From positions 28,048 to 92,047 of the forward strand of contig CASFEZ010000018.1 of assembly GCA_949293815.1 (NCBI GenBank): a stretch of DNA of 64,000 bases, given 5' to 3'. Within the stretch, counting starts at the first letter, position 1; each line of letters begins with the position of its first letter. Origin of the DNA: an uncultured Eubacteriales bacterium (GTDB lineage: Bacteria > Bacillota > Clostridia > Oscillospirales > Acutalibacteraceae). The notes beneath the pieces were generated by a model. The model saw only the letters and a program-made list of their open reading frames with translations. It was not told the origin of the DNA and ran no database searches. Of the stretch, positions 47,530 to 58,887 are shown one piece after another. The position numbers were made by a program, and so were the translations under genes.

Positions 47530-47898
47530 TTACTTCTTCTTATTGGCGATTGTCTTCTTCGGACCTTTGCGCGTACGGGCATTGGTCTTGGAACGCTGAC
47601 CGCGAACAGGAAGACCCTTGCGGTGACGAACGCCGCGATAGCAGCCGATTTCAATCAATCGTTTGATGTCGTATGCGGTTTCTCTTCTGAGGTCGCCTTC
47701 CACTTTTACATTGTGGTCGATGTACTCACGAAGCTTGGAAACATCATTTTCGGTTAAATCCTTCACGCGGGTGTCGGGATCTACACCGGTAGCTTTGATA
47801 ATGTCACTTGCGGTTTTACGACCGATGCCGTAGATATAGGTCAGAGCGATTTCCACTCTTTTTTCTCTGGGCAGGTCCACACCGGAAATTCGTGCCAT
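47530..47898 (-). CDS. rpsM: 30S ribosomal protein S13
   Basis: [26 protein letters not shown]; 122 aa. Confidence 0.97.
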   Translation of the reverse strand: MARISGVDLPREKRVEIALTYIYGIGRKTASDIIKATGVDPDTRVKDLTENDVSKLREYIDHNVKVEGDLRRETAYDIKRLIEIGCYRGVRHRKGLPVRGQRSKTNARTRKGPKKTIANKKK

Positions 47899-47933
47899 GT
47901 TATAGTTGCACCTCCAATAACGGTATTCAGGGA

Positions 47934-48062
<129 letters not shown>

Positions 48063-48081
48063 TTACTCTATGCTAAACTGT

Positions 48082-48300
48082 TTATTTGGAACGCCAGGTA
48101 ATGCGTCCGCGGGTGAGGTCATAGGGCGACATCTCAACCGTAACTTTATCGCCGGGAAGGATGCGGATAAAATTCATTCGCAGTTTTCCGGAAATTGTAG
48201 CGAGTATCTGGCAGCCATTTTCCAGCTCTACCTTGAAATTCGTATTGGGAAGAGCCTCGACGACAGTACCCTCTACTTCGATCATATCCTGTTTCGACAT
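48082..48300 (-). CDS. infA: Translation initiation factor IF-1
   Basis: [29 protein letters not shown]...; 72 aa from ATG 48300 (GAGGTA RBS). Confidence 0.96.
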   Translation of the reverse strand: MSKQDMIEVEGTVVEALPNTNFKVELENGCQILATISGKLRMNFIRILPGDKVTVEMSPYDLTRGRITWRSK

Positions 48301-48305
48301 GCTGT

Positions 48306-48560
48306 TTATACCTCGCTTTTGTTGTCGGCGCACGCTTTCAGCGCCTTTCTCAACGCCCGGTCGGAGCAAAACGCTTCCGGGGGCAAAACCATTCCGGTCA
48401 GGCGGATATGCCGAGGGTTCTTTTTTTTGGGGCGCCGAAGCGGTCTTTCGCCGCCGTCTGCCACCAGCACCCTGCCGTTTTCCTCGCCGTATACCGCGAG
48501 AAAAGTCCCCCTGTCCCTGCCGGCCTTGGACAAAACAACCGAGCCTTTTTTGATTTCCAT
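48306..48560 (-). CDS. KOW-domain RNA-binding protein (the small ORF commonly found between map and infA in Clostridia)
   Basis: 84 aa. [23 protein letters not shown] is KOW-like. Conserved position. Confidence 0.75.
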   Translation of the reverse strand: MEIKKGSVVLSKAGRDRGTFLAVYGEENGRVLVADGGERPLRRPKKKNPRHIRLTGMVLPPEAFCSDRALRKALKACADNKSEV

Positions 48561-48575
48561 ACCCTTATAAACCTC

Positions 48576-49328
48576 TCAGTCCGCAAGGGTCAGGATTTCG
48601 CATGTATCGCCGACAATAGCAATCGTGTGCTCGAAATGCGCCGCCGGTTTTCCGTCTAAGGTAACGGTCGTCCAACCGTCGGACAGTATACGAACCTTAT
48701 GCGTTCCCATGGTAATCATTGGCTCTATCGCCAAAGTCATTCCCGGCAGCAGCCGCACGCCATGCCCCGGCGTACCGTAATTGGGCACCGCGGGATCCTC
48801 GTGCAGGTTTCTGCCGACGCCGTGACCGGTAAAATCCCGAACCACGCCGTATCCGCGCTCCTCGCAATAGGAACCGATTGCCGAACCGATATCGCCGAGC
48901 CTGCCGCCTGCGACAGCCTTGGAAAGCCCGACATATAAGGACTCTCTGGTGGTGTCGATCAGCCGCTGTGCCTCGGCGGAAATATCGCCGCAGGCAAAAG
49001 TGGCGGCATTGTCGCCATGATACCCGTCCAGCACGGCGCCAAGGTCAATACTGACGATGTCGCCTTCGCGTAAAATCCGCTTGCGCGAGGGGATGCCGTG
49101 AATCACTTCGTCGTTGATGGAAATACAAGCGGTGGCCGGGAACCCGTTATAGTGCAGGAAATTGGGCCTCGCCCCCTGCCGCAGGATATACTTACGGGCG
49201 ATTTCATCAATCTCGTAAGTGGAAATCCCCGGTTCCACAGCTGCGCCGGCAGCTTTCAGGGCACCGGCGGAGATTCTGCCCGCCTCACGCATTTTTTCAA
49301 TTTCTTTGCGTGTTTTGAGCACAACCAT
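48576..49328 (-). CDS. map: Type I methionine aminopeptidase
   Basis: 250 aa. NEVIHGIP, DIVSIDLG, GHGVGRNLHE, AIEPM. Confidence 0.96.
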   Translation of the reverse strand: MVVLKTRKEIEKMREAGRISAGALKAAGAAVEPGISTYEIDEIARKYILRQGARPNFLHYNGFPATACISINDEVIHGIPSRKRILREGDIVSIDLGAVLDGYHGDNAATFACGDISAEAQRLIDTTRESLYVGLSKAVAGGRLGDIGSAIGSYCEERGYGVVRDFTGHGVGRNLHEDPAVPNYGTPGHGVRLLPGMTLAIEPMITMGTHKVRILSDGWTTVTLDGKPAAHFEHTIAIVGDTCEILTLAD

Positions 49329-49330
49329 GG

Positions 49331-49963
49331 TTAGTCCTCCACCGCTTTCAGCGTAAGAGCCGTGGTATCTTCTACCTTCTCCTGCCCTTTTACGGTACGG
49401 AGCTTGCCGGTTTTCGCATAATAATCTTTCAAGGGTTCGGTTTCCTTGTGGTAAACCCGAAGCCGTTCCAGAACGGTCTGAGGCTCATCGTCCGCGCGGG
49501 TTACCAGCTCACCGCCGCAATCGTTGCAGACGCCGTCCTTTTCCGGTTTCTTATATTCGATGTGGTAAGACGCGCCGCAGTTTTTGCACACACGTCTGCC
49601 GGACATACGCGCTACAATGGCATCATCCGGCACATCGATATCAATCACCCGGTCAATGGCAATCCCCATGCTGTCCAGCGCCTCGGCCTGGGGGATGGTT
49701 CTCGGGAATCCGTCCAAAATAAAGCCGTTCGCGCAATCCGGCTGGGCAAGACGCTCGCGGATGATGCCAATGACGACCTCATCCGGCACGAGCTTGCCCT
49801 GCTCGGTAAATGCTTTGGCTTTTTCGCCCATTTCGGTGCCGTTTTTAATGGCGGCACGAATGATATTGCCGGTGGAAATCGTCGGGATGCCAAAGGTCTT
49901 GCTGACGATTTCCGCCTGTGTTCCTTTGCCTGCGCCGGGAGCGCCCAAAAAGATAATATTCAT
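49331..49963 (-). CDS. adk: Adenylate kinase (Zn-lid type)
   Basis: MNIIFLGAPGAGKGTQ and lid CKNCG...CNDCGG. Start at ATG 49963. Confidence 0.96.
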   Translation of the reverse strand: MNIIFLGAPGAGKGTQAEIVSKTFGIPTISTGNIIRAAIKNGTEMGEKAKAFTEQGKLVPDEVVIGIIRERLAQPDCANGFILDGFPRTIPQAEALDSMGIAIDRVIDIDVPDDAIVARMSGRRVCKNCGASYHIEYKKPEKDGVCNDCGGELVTRADDEPQTVLERLRVYHKETEPLKDYYAKTGKLRTVKGQEKVEDTTALTLKAVED

Positions 49964-49976
49964 TTTTTTCCGCTCC

Positions 49977-51302
49977 TTAATCAAGGAATCCCTTGTAGTG
50001 ACGCATCATCATCTGACTCTCAAGCTGACGCACGGTCTCAAGCGCAACACCAACCAGAATGATGATGGAGGTACCGCCCAAGGCAAGACCGGAAGCGTCT
50101 GCGCCGACCAAATCGGCAATTTGGGAGAAGAGGATGGGGAACAGAGCCACAACGCTTAAAAGCAGCGCGCCCAGCAGCACGATTTTGTTCAGAATCTTGG
50201 CAATATAGTCCGAAGTGGGCTTGCCGGGACGAACAAAGGGCACCGTACCGCCGTTTTTGCGCAGGTTGTTGGCCATTTCCACAGGGTTGTACTGAATCGC
50301 AGAATAGAAGTATGCAAAGAAGATAATCAAAATAAAATAGATAATCGCGTAGAACCAATGGTCCTGCTCAAAGGGAGCAAAGAGCCATTTGTACACACCG
50401 CTCTTCTCATCCGCCTGTACAAACATATTGATGGTGGGAGGAATGGAAAGAATGGAGCTGGCGAAGATAACGGGAAGAACACCGGACATATTCACTTTAA
50501 TAGGAATATAGGAGTTCTGACCGCCGTACATTTTTCTGCCGACCACGCGCTTGGCGTACTGTACGGGAATGCGCTGCTCCGCGTTGTCCATCCAGACGAT
50601 ATACGCAATCATCAAGAGCATTGACAGCGCCGCAAGGGGCATAACCACCAGGTTTGCGCCGCGCTGCTGGAAATGCTGGTACATAATGGTGGCGGTAACG
50701 GGAATCCGGGAAATGATACCCGCGAAGAGGATCATGGAAATACCGTTGCCGATACCTTTTCTGTTAATGGTTTCACCGAGCCACATAATCAGCGCGCATC
50801 CGCCCGTCAGGGTAAAGATAACAATGAGCGCCTGGAACACAGCCCAGAAACCGGTGTACTCGCTGCCGTCCACGGCTGATTCCAGATAACCGCCGCTTCT
50901 GATATACAGGAAATAAGCGGTGCTCTGCACCAGAGCCAGTGCGATTGCAACATAGCGGGTAATGGCAGTGATTTTCTTTCTGCCTTCCTCGCCCTCCTTG
51001 GAAAGCCGTTCCAGGGCGGGAATGGCAACCGTAAGCAGCTGAATGATAATCGAAGAGTTGATGTACGGAGTAATAGACATTGCGAACAATGTTCCGTAGT
51101 TAAATGCTTCACCGGTCATCATGGTAAGGTAAGACATAAAGGTATTGGTATCGTCTGTACCGATAATACCCGACTCACCTATATCAAGGAACGGGACCGG
51201 AAGATTGGCGCCCAATCTGAAAATAAACAAAATCAGGGCGGTAAAAAGAATCTTTTTACGCAGTTCCGGAACTTTCCACGCATTGATCAGTGTTTGCAAC
51301 AT
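49977..51302 (-). CDS. secY: Preprotein translocase subunit SecY
   Basis: 441 aa with 10 TM segments. ...PELRKKILFTALILFIFRLG... Confidence 0.97.
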   Translation of the reverse strand: MLQTLINAWKVPELRKKILFTALILFIFRLGANLPVPFLDIGESGIIGTDDTNTFMSYLTMMTGEAFNYGTLFAMSITPYINSSIIIQLLTVAIPALERLSKEGEEGRKKITAITRYVAIALALVQSTAYFLYIRSGGYLESAVDGSEYTGFWAVFQALIVIFTLTGGCALIMWLGETINRKGIGNGISMILFAGIISRIPVTATIMYQHFQQRGANLVVMPLAALSMLLMIAYIVWMDNAEQRIPVQYAKRVVGRKMYGGQNSYIPIKVNMSGVLPVIFASSILSIPPTINMFVQADEKSGVYKWLFAPFEQDHWFYAIIYFILIIFFAYFYSAIQYNPVEMANNLRKNGGTVPFVRPGKPTSDYIAKILNKIVLLGALLLSVVALFPILFSQIADLVGADASGLALGGTSIIILVGVALETVRQLESQMMMRHYKGFLD

Positions 51303-51363
51303 GTTGTATTACACGCTCCTTCCTCGTTCCGGCTGCACCGGAAGTTTCACTGTAAAAACCAAT

Positions 51364-51807
51364 TCAGATTACTTCTGCGGTGCCGCCGGCTGCTTCGATT
51401 TTCGCCTTCGCAGCCTCGGAGTAAGCGTTTACTTTTACGGTAAACTTCTTCGTCAATTCGCCGTTGCCAAGCACCTTTACGCCGTCCATCTCTTTTTTGA
51501 TAAGACCGGCGGCCTTCAGCGCGTCGATATCCACAACGGCGCCGTCGTCGAACCGCTCGGCAATGGCAGCGAGATTGACAATGGCAATCTCTTTGGCGAA
51601 GATATTGTTAAAGCCTCTTTTGGGAATGCGTCTCTGAAGGGGCATCTGACCGCCTTCAAAACCGGGACGGGGTCCTTTACCGGCACGGGCTTTCTGACCC
51701 TTATGACCTTTGCCGGCGGTTTTGCCCTGACCGGACGCCGGTCCTCTGCCAATCCGCTTAACATCCTTTTTGGAACCGGCGGCAGGCGCTAATTCGTGCA
51801 ATTTCAT
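51364..51807 (-). CDS. rplO: 50S ribosomal protein L15
   Basis: [22 protein letters not shown]... Confidence 0.95.
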   Translation of the reverse strand: MKLHELAPAAGSKKDVKRIGRGPASGQGKTAGKGHKGQKARAGKGPRPGFEGGQMPLQRRIPKRGFNNIFAKEIAIVNLAAIAERFDDGAVVDIDALKAAGLIKKEMDGVKVLGNGELTKKFTVKVNAYSEAAKAKIEAAGGTAEVI

Positions 51808-51823
51808 GCTACCCATCCTTTCC

Positions 51824-52000
51824 TTATTCCTCTACTGCAAGCAGATGACTGATTTTGTTGATTTTTCCGCGGGTCTGCGCGTTGTCAGGCTGCACGGAAA
51901 CATCGCCGATTTTATGAAGACCAAGAGCGGTAGCCGTGGCGATTTGGTCTTTTTTGCTGCCGATAAGGCTTTTGACGAGCTTAACCTTGATATCTGCCAT
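51824..52000 (-). CDS. rpmD: 50S ribosomal protein L30 (58 aa, not in ORF track)
   Basis: Hand translation gives [58 protein letters not shown]. Confidence 0.92.
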   Translation of the reverse strand: MADIKVKLVKSLIGSKKDQIATATALGLHKIGDVSVQPDNAQTRGKINKISHLLAVEE

Positions 52001-52013
52001 GAACCAACACTCC

Positions 52014-52517
52014 TTATTCTAAAATTTCCTTAACGGATTTATCTCTGGTCGCAGCAACTTCCTCTGCGGTACGCAGCTGCAAAAGACCGTTCATGGTCGC
52101 GCGAACCACATTGCAGGGGTTGTTGGAGCGCAGCGCTTTGGCACGGATGTCCTTTACGCCGGCCGCTTCCAGAACATCGCGCACCGCGCCGCCGGCGATA
52201 ACGCCGGTACCGGGGGCAGCGGGTTTGAGCAGCACGGAACCTGCGCCGAACTTGCCGATAACCTCGTGGGGGATGGTGCTGCCTTTGAGCGAAACCTTTA
52301 CCAGATTTTTCTTGGCATCCTCAATGCCCTTGCGAATCGCATCGGGTACTTCGCCGGATTTGCCGAGACCGAAGCCCACGGTGCCTTCGCCGTCGCCCAC
52401 AACGACAAGGGCGGCAAACTTGAAGATACGACCACCTTTAACGGTTTTCGCAACACGGTTGATATGAACGACTCTTTCCTGGTATTCATCGTTTTTCGGT
52501 GTATCAAACTTAGCCAA
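52014..52517 (-). CDS. rpsE: 30S ribosomal protein S5
   Basis: ...[27 protein letters not shown]...; 167 aa. Confidence 0.97.
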   Translation of the reverse strand: MAKFDTPKNDEYQERVVHINRVAKTVKGGRIFKFAALVVVGDGEGTVGFGLGKSGEVPDAIRKGIEDAKKNLVKVSLKGSTIPHEVIGKFGAGSVLLKPAAPGTGVIAGGAVRDVLEAAGVKDIRAKALRSNNPCNVVRATMNGLLQLRTAEEVAATRDKSVKEILE

Positions 52518-52534
52518 AAGTATTCCTCCCTTTC

Positions 52535-52894
52535 TCAGAACTTGAGGCCGCCCTCGCGGGCGCCTTCGGCCAGGCTCTGTACACGGCCGTGATAGATGTA
52601 GCCGCCGCGGTCATAGACACATTCGGTAATGTCTTTGGCAACAGCGCGTTCTGCCAACAATTTGCCTACCTTAAAGGCAGCATCCTTATTTCCGCCGTAA
52701 TCGGAAAAATCTTTTTCCACAGTGGAAGCGCTCGCAAGCGTAACGCCGTTAACATCGTCGATGAGCTGGGCGTAAATATGCTTGAGAGAACGATAGACGG
52801 AAAGACGGGGACGCGCGGGAGTGCCGCTGATTTTATTGCGGACTCTCTGATGGCGCTTGGCTCTTGCTTTATTGCTGTCCGTTTTTTTAACCAT
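52535..52894 (-). CDS. rplR: 50S ribosomal protein L18
   Basis: ...[26 protein letters not shown]... Start at ATG 52894 rather than the GTG at 52900. Confidence 0.95.
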   Translation of the reverse strand: MVKKTDSNKARAKRHQRVRNKISGTPARPRLSVYRSLKHIYAQLIDDVNGVTLASASTVEKDFSDYGGNKDAAFKVGKLLAERAVAKDITECVYDRGGYIYHGRVQSLAEGAREGGLKF

Positions 52895-52909
52895 TTCCAC
52901 TCACTCCTT

Positions 52910-53455
52910 TTATTTACCGCCCTTGCCGGCCTTTCCTTCCTTGCGGCGGATATGCTCGTCGGCATACTTGATGCCCTTGCCCTTATAGGGTTCGGGCGGA
53001 CGAACGCCGCGCACCTCGGAAGCGAACTGACCGACCTGCTGTTTGTCAGCGCCGGAAATTATAATCTTGGTGTTGTCGGGTACTTCAATGGTGATGCCCT
53101 CGGGGGCGGTCATATTCACCTTATGGGAATAACCGACGGTCAGGACAAGCTCTTTGCCCTTCATTTCGGCACGGTAACCGATGCCGTTAATCTGAAGCTC
53201 TTTCTTATAGCCGTTGGTCACGCCCTCGACCATATTGGCAATGAGGGTGCGGGTAAGACCGTGAAGAGATTTGTTTGTATTGGTGTCATCGGGGCGGGTG
53301 ACGGTGATCGCGCCGTCCGCAGCCGCGATGTTCATATTGGGATGGAACGTTTCGGTAAGGGAACCCTTGGGTCCTTTTACGGTAACGGTGCTGCCGCTGA
53401 CCGAAACATCAACGCCCGCCGGAATGGCGATAGGCATTCTGCCGATTCTTGACAT
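52910..53455 (-). CDS. rplF: 50S ribosomal protein L6
   Basis: [19 protein letters not shown]...; 181 aa. Confidence 0.97.
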   Translation of the reverse strand: MSRIGRMPIAIPAGVDVSVSGSTVTVKGPKGSLTETFHPNMNIAAADGAITVTRPDDTNTNKSLHGLTRTLIANMVEGVTNGYKKELQINGIGYRAEMKGKELVLTVGYSHKVNMTAPEGITIEVPDNTKIIISGADKQQVGQFASEVRGVRPPEPYKGKGIKYADEHIRRKEGKAGKGGK

Positions 53456-53469
53456 ACCAGTTTACCTCC

Positions 53470-53868
53470 TTACCAAATAAACGCCAGGACTTCGCCGCCC
53501 ACATTGGCTTTGCGCGCGTCCTTATCCGTCATAATACCCTTAGAAGTCGAAAGGATTGCAATGCCGAGGCCATTCATCACCTTGGGCATGTTCTCGCAGT
53601 CGGCGTAAATGCGCAGACCGGGTTTGGAAACTCTGCGCAATCCCATCAGAATGCGGGACTTATTGGGTCCGTACTTCAGGGTGATTTCAATCACGCCCTG
53701 TTTGCCGTCCTCTATTACTTTGTAGCTTTTTACATATCCTTCGTCAACAAGAATCTGGGCAATAGCCTTTTTCATGTTGGAAGCGGGAATGCACACCGTA
53801 TCATGCTTGGCCGAATTGGCGTTGCGAATTCTGGTGAGCATATCAGCGATGGAATCTGTAATCTGCAT
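53470..53868 (-). CDS. rpsH: 30S ribosomal protein S8
   Basis: [17 protein letters not shown]...; 132 aa. Confidence 0.97.
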   Translation of the reverse strand: MQITDSIADMLTRIRNANSAKHDTVCIPASNMKKAIAQILVDEGYVKSYKVIEDGKQGVIEITLKYGPNKSRILMGLRRVSKPGLRIYADCENMPKVMNGLGIAILSTSKGIMTDKDARKANVGGEVLAFIW

Positions 53869-53895
53869 GCCGTTAACCTCCTTTAATAAAGCCTA

Positions 53896-54081
53896 TTACC
53901 AGCTTGCTTTCTTGACGCCGGGAATCTGACCCTTATGAGCCAGTTCTCTGAAGCAGATACGACATACGCCGTACTTACGAAGGTAAGCGTGGGGCCTGCC
54001 GCAGATCTTGCATCTGTTATACTGACGGGATGAAAATTTCGCAGGACGAGCCTGTTTTACTTTCATGGATGTTTTGGCCAT
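53896..54081 (-). CDS. rpsZ: 30S ribosomal protein S14, type Z (zinc-binding)
   Basis: 61 aa. [23 protein letters not shown]. Confidence 0.96.
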   Translation of the reverse strand: MAKTSMKVKQARPAKFSSRQYNRCKICGRPHAYLRKYGVCRICFRELAHKGQIPGVKKASW

Positions 54082-54099
54082 ATCACTTTACCTCCTTTA

Positions 54100-54639
54100 T
54101 TACTTCGCAAACGGCGCGCCCATCAAGGTAAGAAGCTCGCGGGCTTCCTCATCGGTGGTAGCCGTCGTCACGAAGCAGATATCCATGCCGCGTACTTTGT
54201 CTACTTTATCGTACTCGATTTCCGGGAAGATCAGCTGCTCGCGGATACCCATGGAGTAGTTGCCTCTGCCGTCAAAGGAGTTGGGGTTGATGCCGCGGAA
54301 GTCACGAACGCGGGGCAGCGCGAGATTAAAGAAACGATCGATAAACTCGTACATTTTGTCGCCGCGCAGCGTAACCTTTACGCCGTTGGGCATGCCTTCA
54401 CGCAGTTTGAAGTTTGCGACGGACTTTTTCGCCGCGCAAACAACGGGTTTCTGACCCGTAATCTGTGCGATATCGCTGCAGATTGCGTCGATGGCCTTCG
54501 GGTTATCTCTCGCCTCGCCGCAGCCGACATTGATGACAACCTTGTCGAGCTTGGGAATCTGCATAACGCTCTTATAGCCGAATTTTTTCATAAGGGCGGG
54601 AGCGACTTCGCTTTTATAATAGTCTTTCAGTCTTGCCAT
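54100..54639 (-). CDS. rplE: 50S ribosomal protein L5
   Basis: [31 protein letters not shown]...; 179 aa. Confidence 0.97.
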   Translation of the reverse strand: MARLKDYYKSEVAPALMKKFGYKSVMQIPKLDKVVINVGCGEARDNPKAIDAICSDIAQITGQKPVVCAAKKSVANFKLREGMPNGVKVTLRGDKMYEFIDRFFNLALPRVRDFRGINPNSFDGRGNYSMGIREQLIFPEIEYDKVDKVRGMDICFVTTATTDEEARELLTLMGAPFAK

Positions 54640-54653
54640 GTTTCTGCTCCTCC

Positions 54654-54980
54654 TTATTCAAAATGGGCACCGCAGCCGCTCTTTTTGCAAACGCGCATTT
54701 TCTTGCCCTTTTCGTCTACAACATGACCCACGCGGGTGGGTTTGCCGCATTTGGGGCAGACAAGCTGCACTTTGCTGGCGTACAGCGCGGCTTCCGCTTT
54801 AATCAGGCCGCCCGGCTCACCCATTTTACGGGGTTTGACGTGCTTTGTTACAATGTTGACGCCCTCAACAATCACTTTGTTTTCGGAGGGGCTGACCTGC
54901 ATGACCTTGCCGGTTTTGCCGCGGTCCTTGCCGTTGATTACCATCACGGTATCACCGGTCTTAATGTGTAATTTACTCAT
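54654..54980 (-). CDS. rplX: 50S ribosomal protein L24 (with a C-terminal CxxC...CxxxxC cluster)
   Basis: [26 protein letters not shown] (KOW). Start at ATG 54980, 6 nt after GGAGGTG. C-terminus [12 protein letters not shown]...[12 protein letters not shown]. Confidence 0.95.
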   Translation of the reverse strand: MSKLHIKTGDTVMVINGKDRGKTGKVMQVSPSENKVIVEGVNIVTKHVKPRKMGEPGGLIKAEAALYASKVQLVCPKCGKPTRVGHVVDEKGKKMRVCKKSGCGAHFE

Positions 54981-54994
54981 CTTCGGCACCTCCA

Positions 54995-55363
54995 TTAAAG
55001 CACTTCGGGGGCAAGAGAGAGAATCTTCAGATAGTCTTTTTCACGAAGCTCTCTTGCGACCGGTCCAAAAATACGTGTGCCTCTGGGGTTTTTATCATCA
55101 CGGATGATAACGGCTGCGTTTTCGTCGAAACGGATATAGGTGCCGTCGTCGCGGCGAACACCGCTGGCCGAACGCACGACAACCGCTTTTACGACATCGC
55201 CCTTCTTTACAACGCCGCCGGGTGTAGCCTTTTTCACGGAAGCTACGATAACATCGCCGATATTGGCATATTTTCTGCCTGAGCCGCCGAGTACGCGGAT
55301 GCACATAAGCTCTTTGGCACCCGTATTGTCGGCAACCTTCAGCAAAGTTTGCTGCTGTATCAC
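54995..55363 (-). CDS. rplN: 50S ribosomal protein L14
   Basis: [28 protein letters not shown]; 122 aa. Confidence 0.97.
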   Translation of the reverse strand: MIQQQTLLKVADNTGAKELMCIRVLGGSGRKYANIGDVIVASVKKATPGGVVKKGDVVKAVVVRSASGVRRDDGTYIRFDENAAVIIRDDKNPRGTRIFGPVARELREKDYLKILSLAPEVL

Positions 55364-55375
55364 GGTATTGCCTCC

Positions 55376-55630
55376 TTATTTCGCTTTCTCAATGATTTTC
55401 ACAACGCGCCATCTTTTATCTTTCGACATGGGACGGGTTTCCATCACGAGAACGCGATCACCGATTCCGCATTCGTTCTTTTCGTCATGCGCTTTGAACT
55501 TGATGGTGTTGTTGACGATCTTTTTGTAAAGAGGGTGCTTAACACGGTCTTTAACGGAAACAACGACGGTTTTATCCATTTTATCGCTGGTCACAATGCC
55601 AACGCGCGTTTTTCTTAAATTTCTTTCCAT
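55376..55630 (-). CDS. rpsQ: 30S ribosomal protein S17
   Basis: ...[21 protein letters not shown]...; 84 aa. Confidence 0.96.
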   Translation of the reverse strand: MERNLRKTRVGIVTSDKMDKTVVVSVKDRVKHPLYKKIVNNTIKFKAHDEKNECGIGDRVLVMETRPMSKDKRWRVVKIIEKAK

Positions 55631-55648
55631 GTGCTGTCCTCCCTACCC

Positions 55649-55852
55649 TTACGCTTCGGAGCCGTGAAGCTCAATGTCACGCTGAACGGTTTTGATGCGG
55701 GCAATGTCTTTTTTTACGGCATGAATGCGCATCGGGTTGTCGAGCTGGTTGATGGTCTGCTGGAAGCGCAGTTTGAAAAGCTCATCCTTCAATTCAAGAA
55801 GTTTCGCATCCAACTCCTCGGAAGACATTTTTCTGATTTCACTGGCTTTCAT
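55649..55852 (-). CDS. rpmC: 50S ribosomal protein L29
   Basis: [31 protein letters not shown]; 67 aa. Confidence 0.95.
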   Translation of the reverse strand: MKASEIRKMSSEELDAKLLELKDELFKLRFQQTINQLDNPMRIHAVKKDIARIKTVQRDIELHGSEA

Positions 55853-56277
55853 TACTGCTCACCACCCTGTTCTTCCTTAGTCACAAATTTACATTTGATG
55901 GGGAGCTTGTTGGCAGCAAGACGCATGGCCTCGCGGGCAACTTCCTCATCAATGCCGGCGATTTCAAACATGATTCTGCCGGGCTTTACAACCGCAACCC
56001 AATATTCGGGGGAACCTTTACCGGAGCCCATGCGGGTTTCGGCGGGTTTTTCGGTAATGGGCTTGTCGGGGAAGATTTTAATCCAAACCTGACCGCCGCG
56101 CTTGGTGTAGCGGGTCATGGCGATACGGGCGGCTTCAATCTGATTGGATGTAATCCATGCGGGCTCGAGCGCCTGAAGACCATACTGGCCGTAAGTGACC
56201 TTATTGCCTCTGGTGGCCTGACCAGTCAGACGTCCTCTTTGAACCCTGCGGTATTTGACTCTCTTAGGCAGTAACAT
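55852..56277 (-). CDS. rplP: 50S ribosomal protein L16
   Basis: [19 protein letters not shown]...; 141 aa. Confidence 0.97.
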   Translation of the reverse strand: MLLPKRVKYRRVQRGRLTGQATRGNKVTYGQYGLQALEPAWITSNQIEAARIAMTRYTKRGGQVWIKIFPDKPITEKPAETRMGSGKGSPEYWVAVVKPGRIMFEIAGIDEEVAREAMRLAANKLPIKCKFVTKEEQGGEQ

Positions 56278-56948
56278 CAGGCTCTCTCCCTTCTTTGATT
56301 GGTTTTACGGGTGTCGTGAAGAACCTCGCCCTTATAAATCCAAACCTTCACGCCGATACGACCGTAGGTGGTTTTTGCCTCAGCAAAGCCGTAGTCGATG
56401 TCGGCACGGATGGTCTGAAGGGGAATGGTTCCCTCGTGATAGGTTTCGCTGCGGGCGATTTCAGCGCCGCCGAGACGACCGCTGACCTGGGTCTTAATGC
56501 CCTTTGCGCCGAGCTTCATGGTTCTGCCGATGGACTGTTTGAGGGCGCGTCTGAAAGAAACGCGGCGCTCAAGCTGACCGGCAATGTTTTCGGCAACCAG
56601 CTGGGCGTTCAGGTCGGGCTGCTTGATTTCAACGATGTTAATGTAAACATCCTTGTCGCCGCCGAGCATTTTTTTGCAGGTGGCTTTCAGCTTTTCAATC
56701 TCCGAACCGCCGCGTCCGATGACCATGCCGGGTTTTGCGCAGTGAATGTTGATGCGCACTCTTTTGGGGTCGCGCTCAATTTCCACCTTGGGTACACCGG
56801 CGGCAGCCAGGTTTTTCAGCAGATATTCGCGCAATTTGTGGTCGGAAACCAGCGTATCGCCGAACTCGCCTTTGCCTGCGTACCAGCGGGATTCCCAATC
56901 TTTGATAACACCGATACGAAGACCGGTGGGGTTAATTTTCTGTCCCAT
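56277..56948 (-). CDS. rpsC: 30S ribosomal protein S3
   Basis: [24 protein letters not shown]...; 223 aa. Confidence 0.97.
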   Translation of the reverse strand: MGQKINPTGLRIGVIKDWESRWYAGKGEFGDTLVSDHKLREYLLKNLAAAGVPKVEIERDPKRVRINIHCAKPGMVIGRGGSEIEKLKATCKKMLGGDKDVYINIVEIKQPDLNAQLVAENIAGQLERRVSFRRALKQSIGRTMKLGAKGIKTQVSGRLGGAEIARSETYHEGTIPLQTIRADIDYGFAEAKTTYGRIGVKVWIYKGEVLHDTRKTNQRRERA

Positions 56949-56966
56949 ATTGTTCCTCCTCCCCGA

Positions 56967-57299
56967 TTACTCTTTTTCCGCAAGAGCCAGGTTGATGTGC
57001 GAAGTCTTTTTGTTGATTCTGTAGGCACGACCCTGGGCTCTGGGTCTGATTCGTTTCAAGGTGGGTCCCTGATCGACGCGGCACTCGGCCACATAGCACG
57101 AAGAGAGATCCATATCTTTCATTTCCGCATTGGCCATAGCGGATTTCAAAAGCTTCTGAAGCGGTTCACACGCGGCCTTGGGTGTGAACTTGAGAATAGC
57201 CATCGCTTCATCGACGGGTTTGTTACGGATGAGGTCCAGAACGATCTGCACCTTGCGCGGGGCGATTCTTACGAAGGTCGCCTTTGCCGTTGCTCTCAT
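56967..57299 (-). CDS. rplV: 50S ribosomal protein L22
   Basis: ...[27 protein letters not shown]...; 110 aa. Confidence 0.96.
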   Translation of the reverse strand: MRATAKATFVRIAPRKVQIVLDLIRNKPVDEAMAILKFTPKAACEPLQKLLKSAMANAEMKDMDLSSCYVAECRVDQGPTLKRIRPRAQGRAYRINKKTSHINLALAEKE

Positions 57300-57321
57300 A
57301 GATTACACTCCTTTCGACCGA

Positions 57322-57603
57322 TTATTTACCTGTATTGGAAGTTTTGGAACCCGCGTGACCCTTAAAGGTTCTCGTGGGGGCGAACTCACCGAGTTTATGA
57401 CCGACCATATCTTCGGTAACGTAGACGGGCACATGTTTGCGGCCGTCATGCACCGCGAAGGTATGACCTACGAAGTCGGGGAAAATCGTTGAGCTGCGGC
57501 TCCAGGTTTTCAGAACGACTTTTTCGCCGGACTTGTTCATCGCTTCGACTCTTGCGAGCAGCTTGGGCTGCACGAAAGGTCCTTTTTTAACGCTTCTGCC
57601 CAT
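57322..57603 (-). CDS. rpsS: 30S ribosomal protein S19
   Basis: [16 protein letters not shown]...[27 protein letters not shown]; 93 aa. Confidence 0.97.
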   Translation of the reverse strand: MGRSVKKGPFVQPKLLARVEAMNKSGEKVVLKTWSRSSTIFPDFVGHTFAVHDGRKHVPVYVTEDMVGHKLGEFAPTRTFKGHAGSKTSNTGK

Positions 57604-57624
57604 GTAATATGCTCCTTTCCCGAC

Positions 57625-58455
57625 TTACTTACTGTTACGGCGTTTCACGATCATCTTATCGGAACGGTTATGACGACTGCGGGTCTTCAGACCGAGAGCC
57701 GGCTTGCCCCAGGGGGTAACCGGACCGGGGCGACCGATGGGGGATTTGCCCTCGCCGCCGCCGTGGGGGTGATCGTTGGGGTTCATAACAGAACCACGAA
57801 CCGTAGGACGGATGCCCATGTGACGGGTACGGCCGGCTTTACCGATCTTCACATTCTCATGATCGAGGTTACCGACCTGCCCGACAGTAGCCATGCAGTT
57901 GACGGATACATTGCGCAGCTCGCCGGAGGGCAGACGCAGGAGGGCAAGGTCGCCTTCCTTTGCCATCAGCTGTGCGGCGTTGCCGGCGGCTCTGGCCAGC
58001 TGTCCGCCTCTGCCGGGATACAGCTCCACATTGTGTACGAATGTACCGGTGGGGATGTTCAAAAGCGGCAGCGCATTGCCGGGCTTAATGTCCGCATCGG
58101 GACCGGATACGACGGTATCGCCAACCTTTAAGCCTGCGGGCGCCAGAATATAGCTCTTTTCGCCGTCTTCGTATGCAATCAGCGCGATATGCGCGGAACG
58201 GTTGGGGTCGTATTCTAAGGTTTGTACCACCGCAGCGCCGGTTTTGGCTCTCTTGAAATCGATTACGCGATATTTTCTGCGGTTGCCGCCGCCTCTGTGG
58301 CGGACGGTAATTCTGCCGTAGCTGTTGCGACCGGAGTGCTTGGCCAGGGGCTCAAGCAGGCTTCTTTCCGGCGCGACCTTGGACAGCTCGGAGTAATCTG
58401 TAACCGACATATTTCTTCTCGAGTTGATTGTCGGTTTATAGACTTTGATAGACAT
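57625..58455 (-). CDS. rplB: 50S ribosomal protein L2
   Basis: [18 protein letters not shown]...[16 protein letters not shown]; 276 aa. Confidence 0.97.
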   Translation of the reverse strand: MSIKVYKPTINSRRNMSVTDYSELSKVAPERSLLEPLAKHSGRNSYGRITVRHRGGGNRRKYRVIDFKRAKTGAAVVQTLEYDPNRSAHIALIAYEDGEKSYILAPAGLKVGDTVVSGPDADIKPGNALPLLNIPTGTFVHNVELYPGRGGQLARAAGNAAQLMAKEGDLALLRLPSGELRNVSVNCMATVGQVGNLDHENVKIGKAGRTRHMGIRPTVRGSVMNPNDHPHGGGEGKSPIGRPGPVTPWGKPALGLKTRSRHNRSDKMIVKRRNSK

Positions 58456-58590
58456 GCAAATGTCACTCGCCTTTCTTCATATTAGGCATTCGCCTTTTAT
58501 CGTGGTGCAAGCACCCGTTTGCCCTCTGCGCGCTCGGAACTTAGCGGCTCGGCTAGGCCATACATCATTCCTGCGGCAGCGGCGGATTGC

Positions 58591-58887
58591 TTACAGTAAG
58601 CCGTCGAAGAATTCGATGGTTTTGGAATCTTCGGTTAAAGTAACTACAGCCTTTTTCTTGGAGGGAAGATAGCCCTCGAAGCGGCCGTAGCGGCGCAGAT
58701 GTCCTTTGACATTCAGGGTGTTGACCTTCGCGACTTTGACATCGAAGAGGGCTTCAACAGCCTGCGCAATTTCAATTTTGTTGGCGTCCTTTGCAACAAG
58801 GAAAGTATATTTCTTCATTGCGGAAGCCACCATGGTTTCTTCCGTGATAACGGGGCGGAGGATAATATCCTGTGCTGCCTTAGCCAT
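58591..58887 (-). CDS. rplW: 50S ribosomal protein L23
   Basis: ...DIILRPVITEETM...YTFLVAKDANKIEI...; 98 aa. Confidence 0.95.
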   Translation of the reverse strand: MAKAAQDIILRPVITEETMVASAMKKYTFLVAKDANKIEIAQAVEALFDVKVAKVNTLNVKGHLRRYGRFEGYLPSKKKAVVTLTEDSKTIEFFDGLL

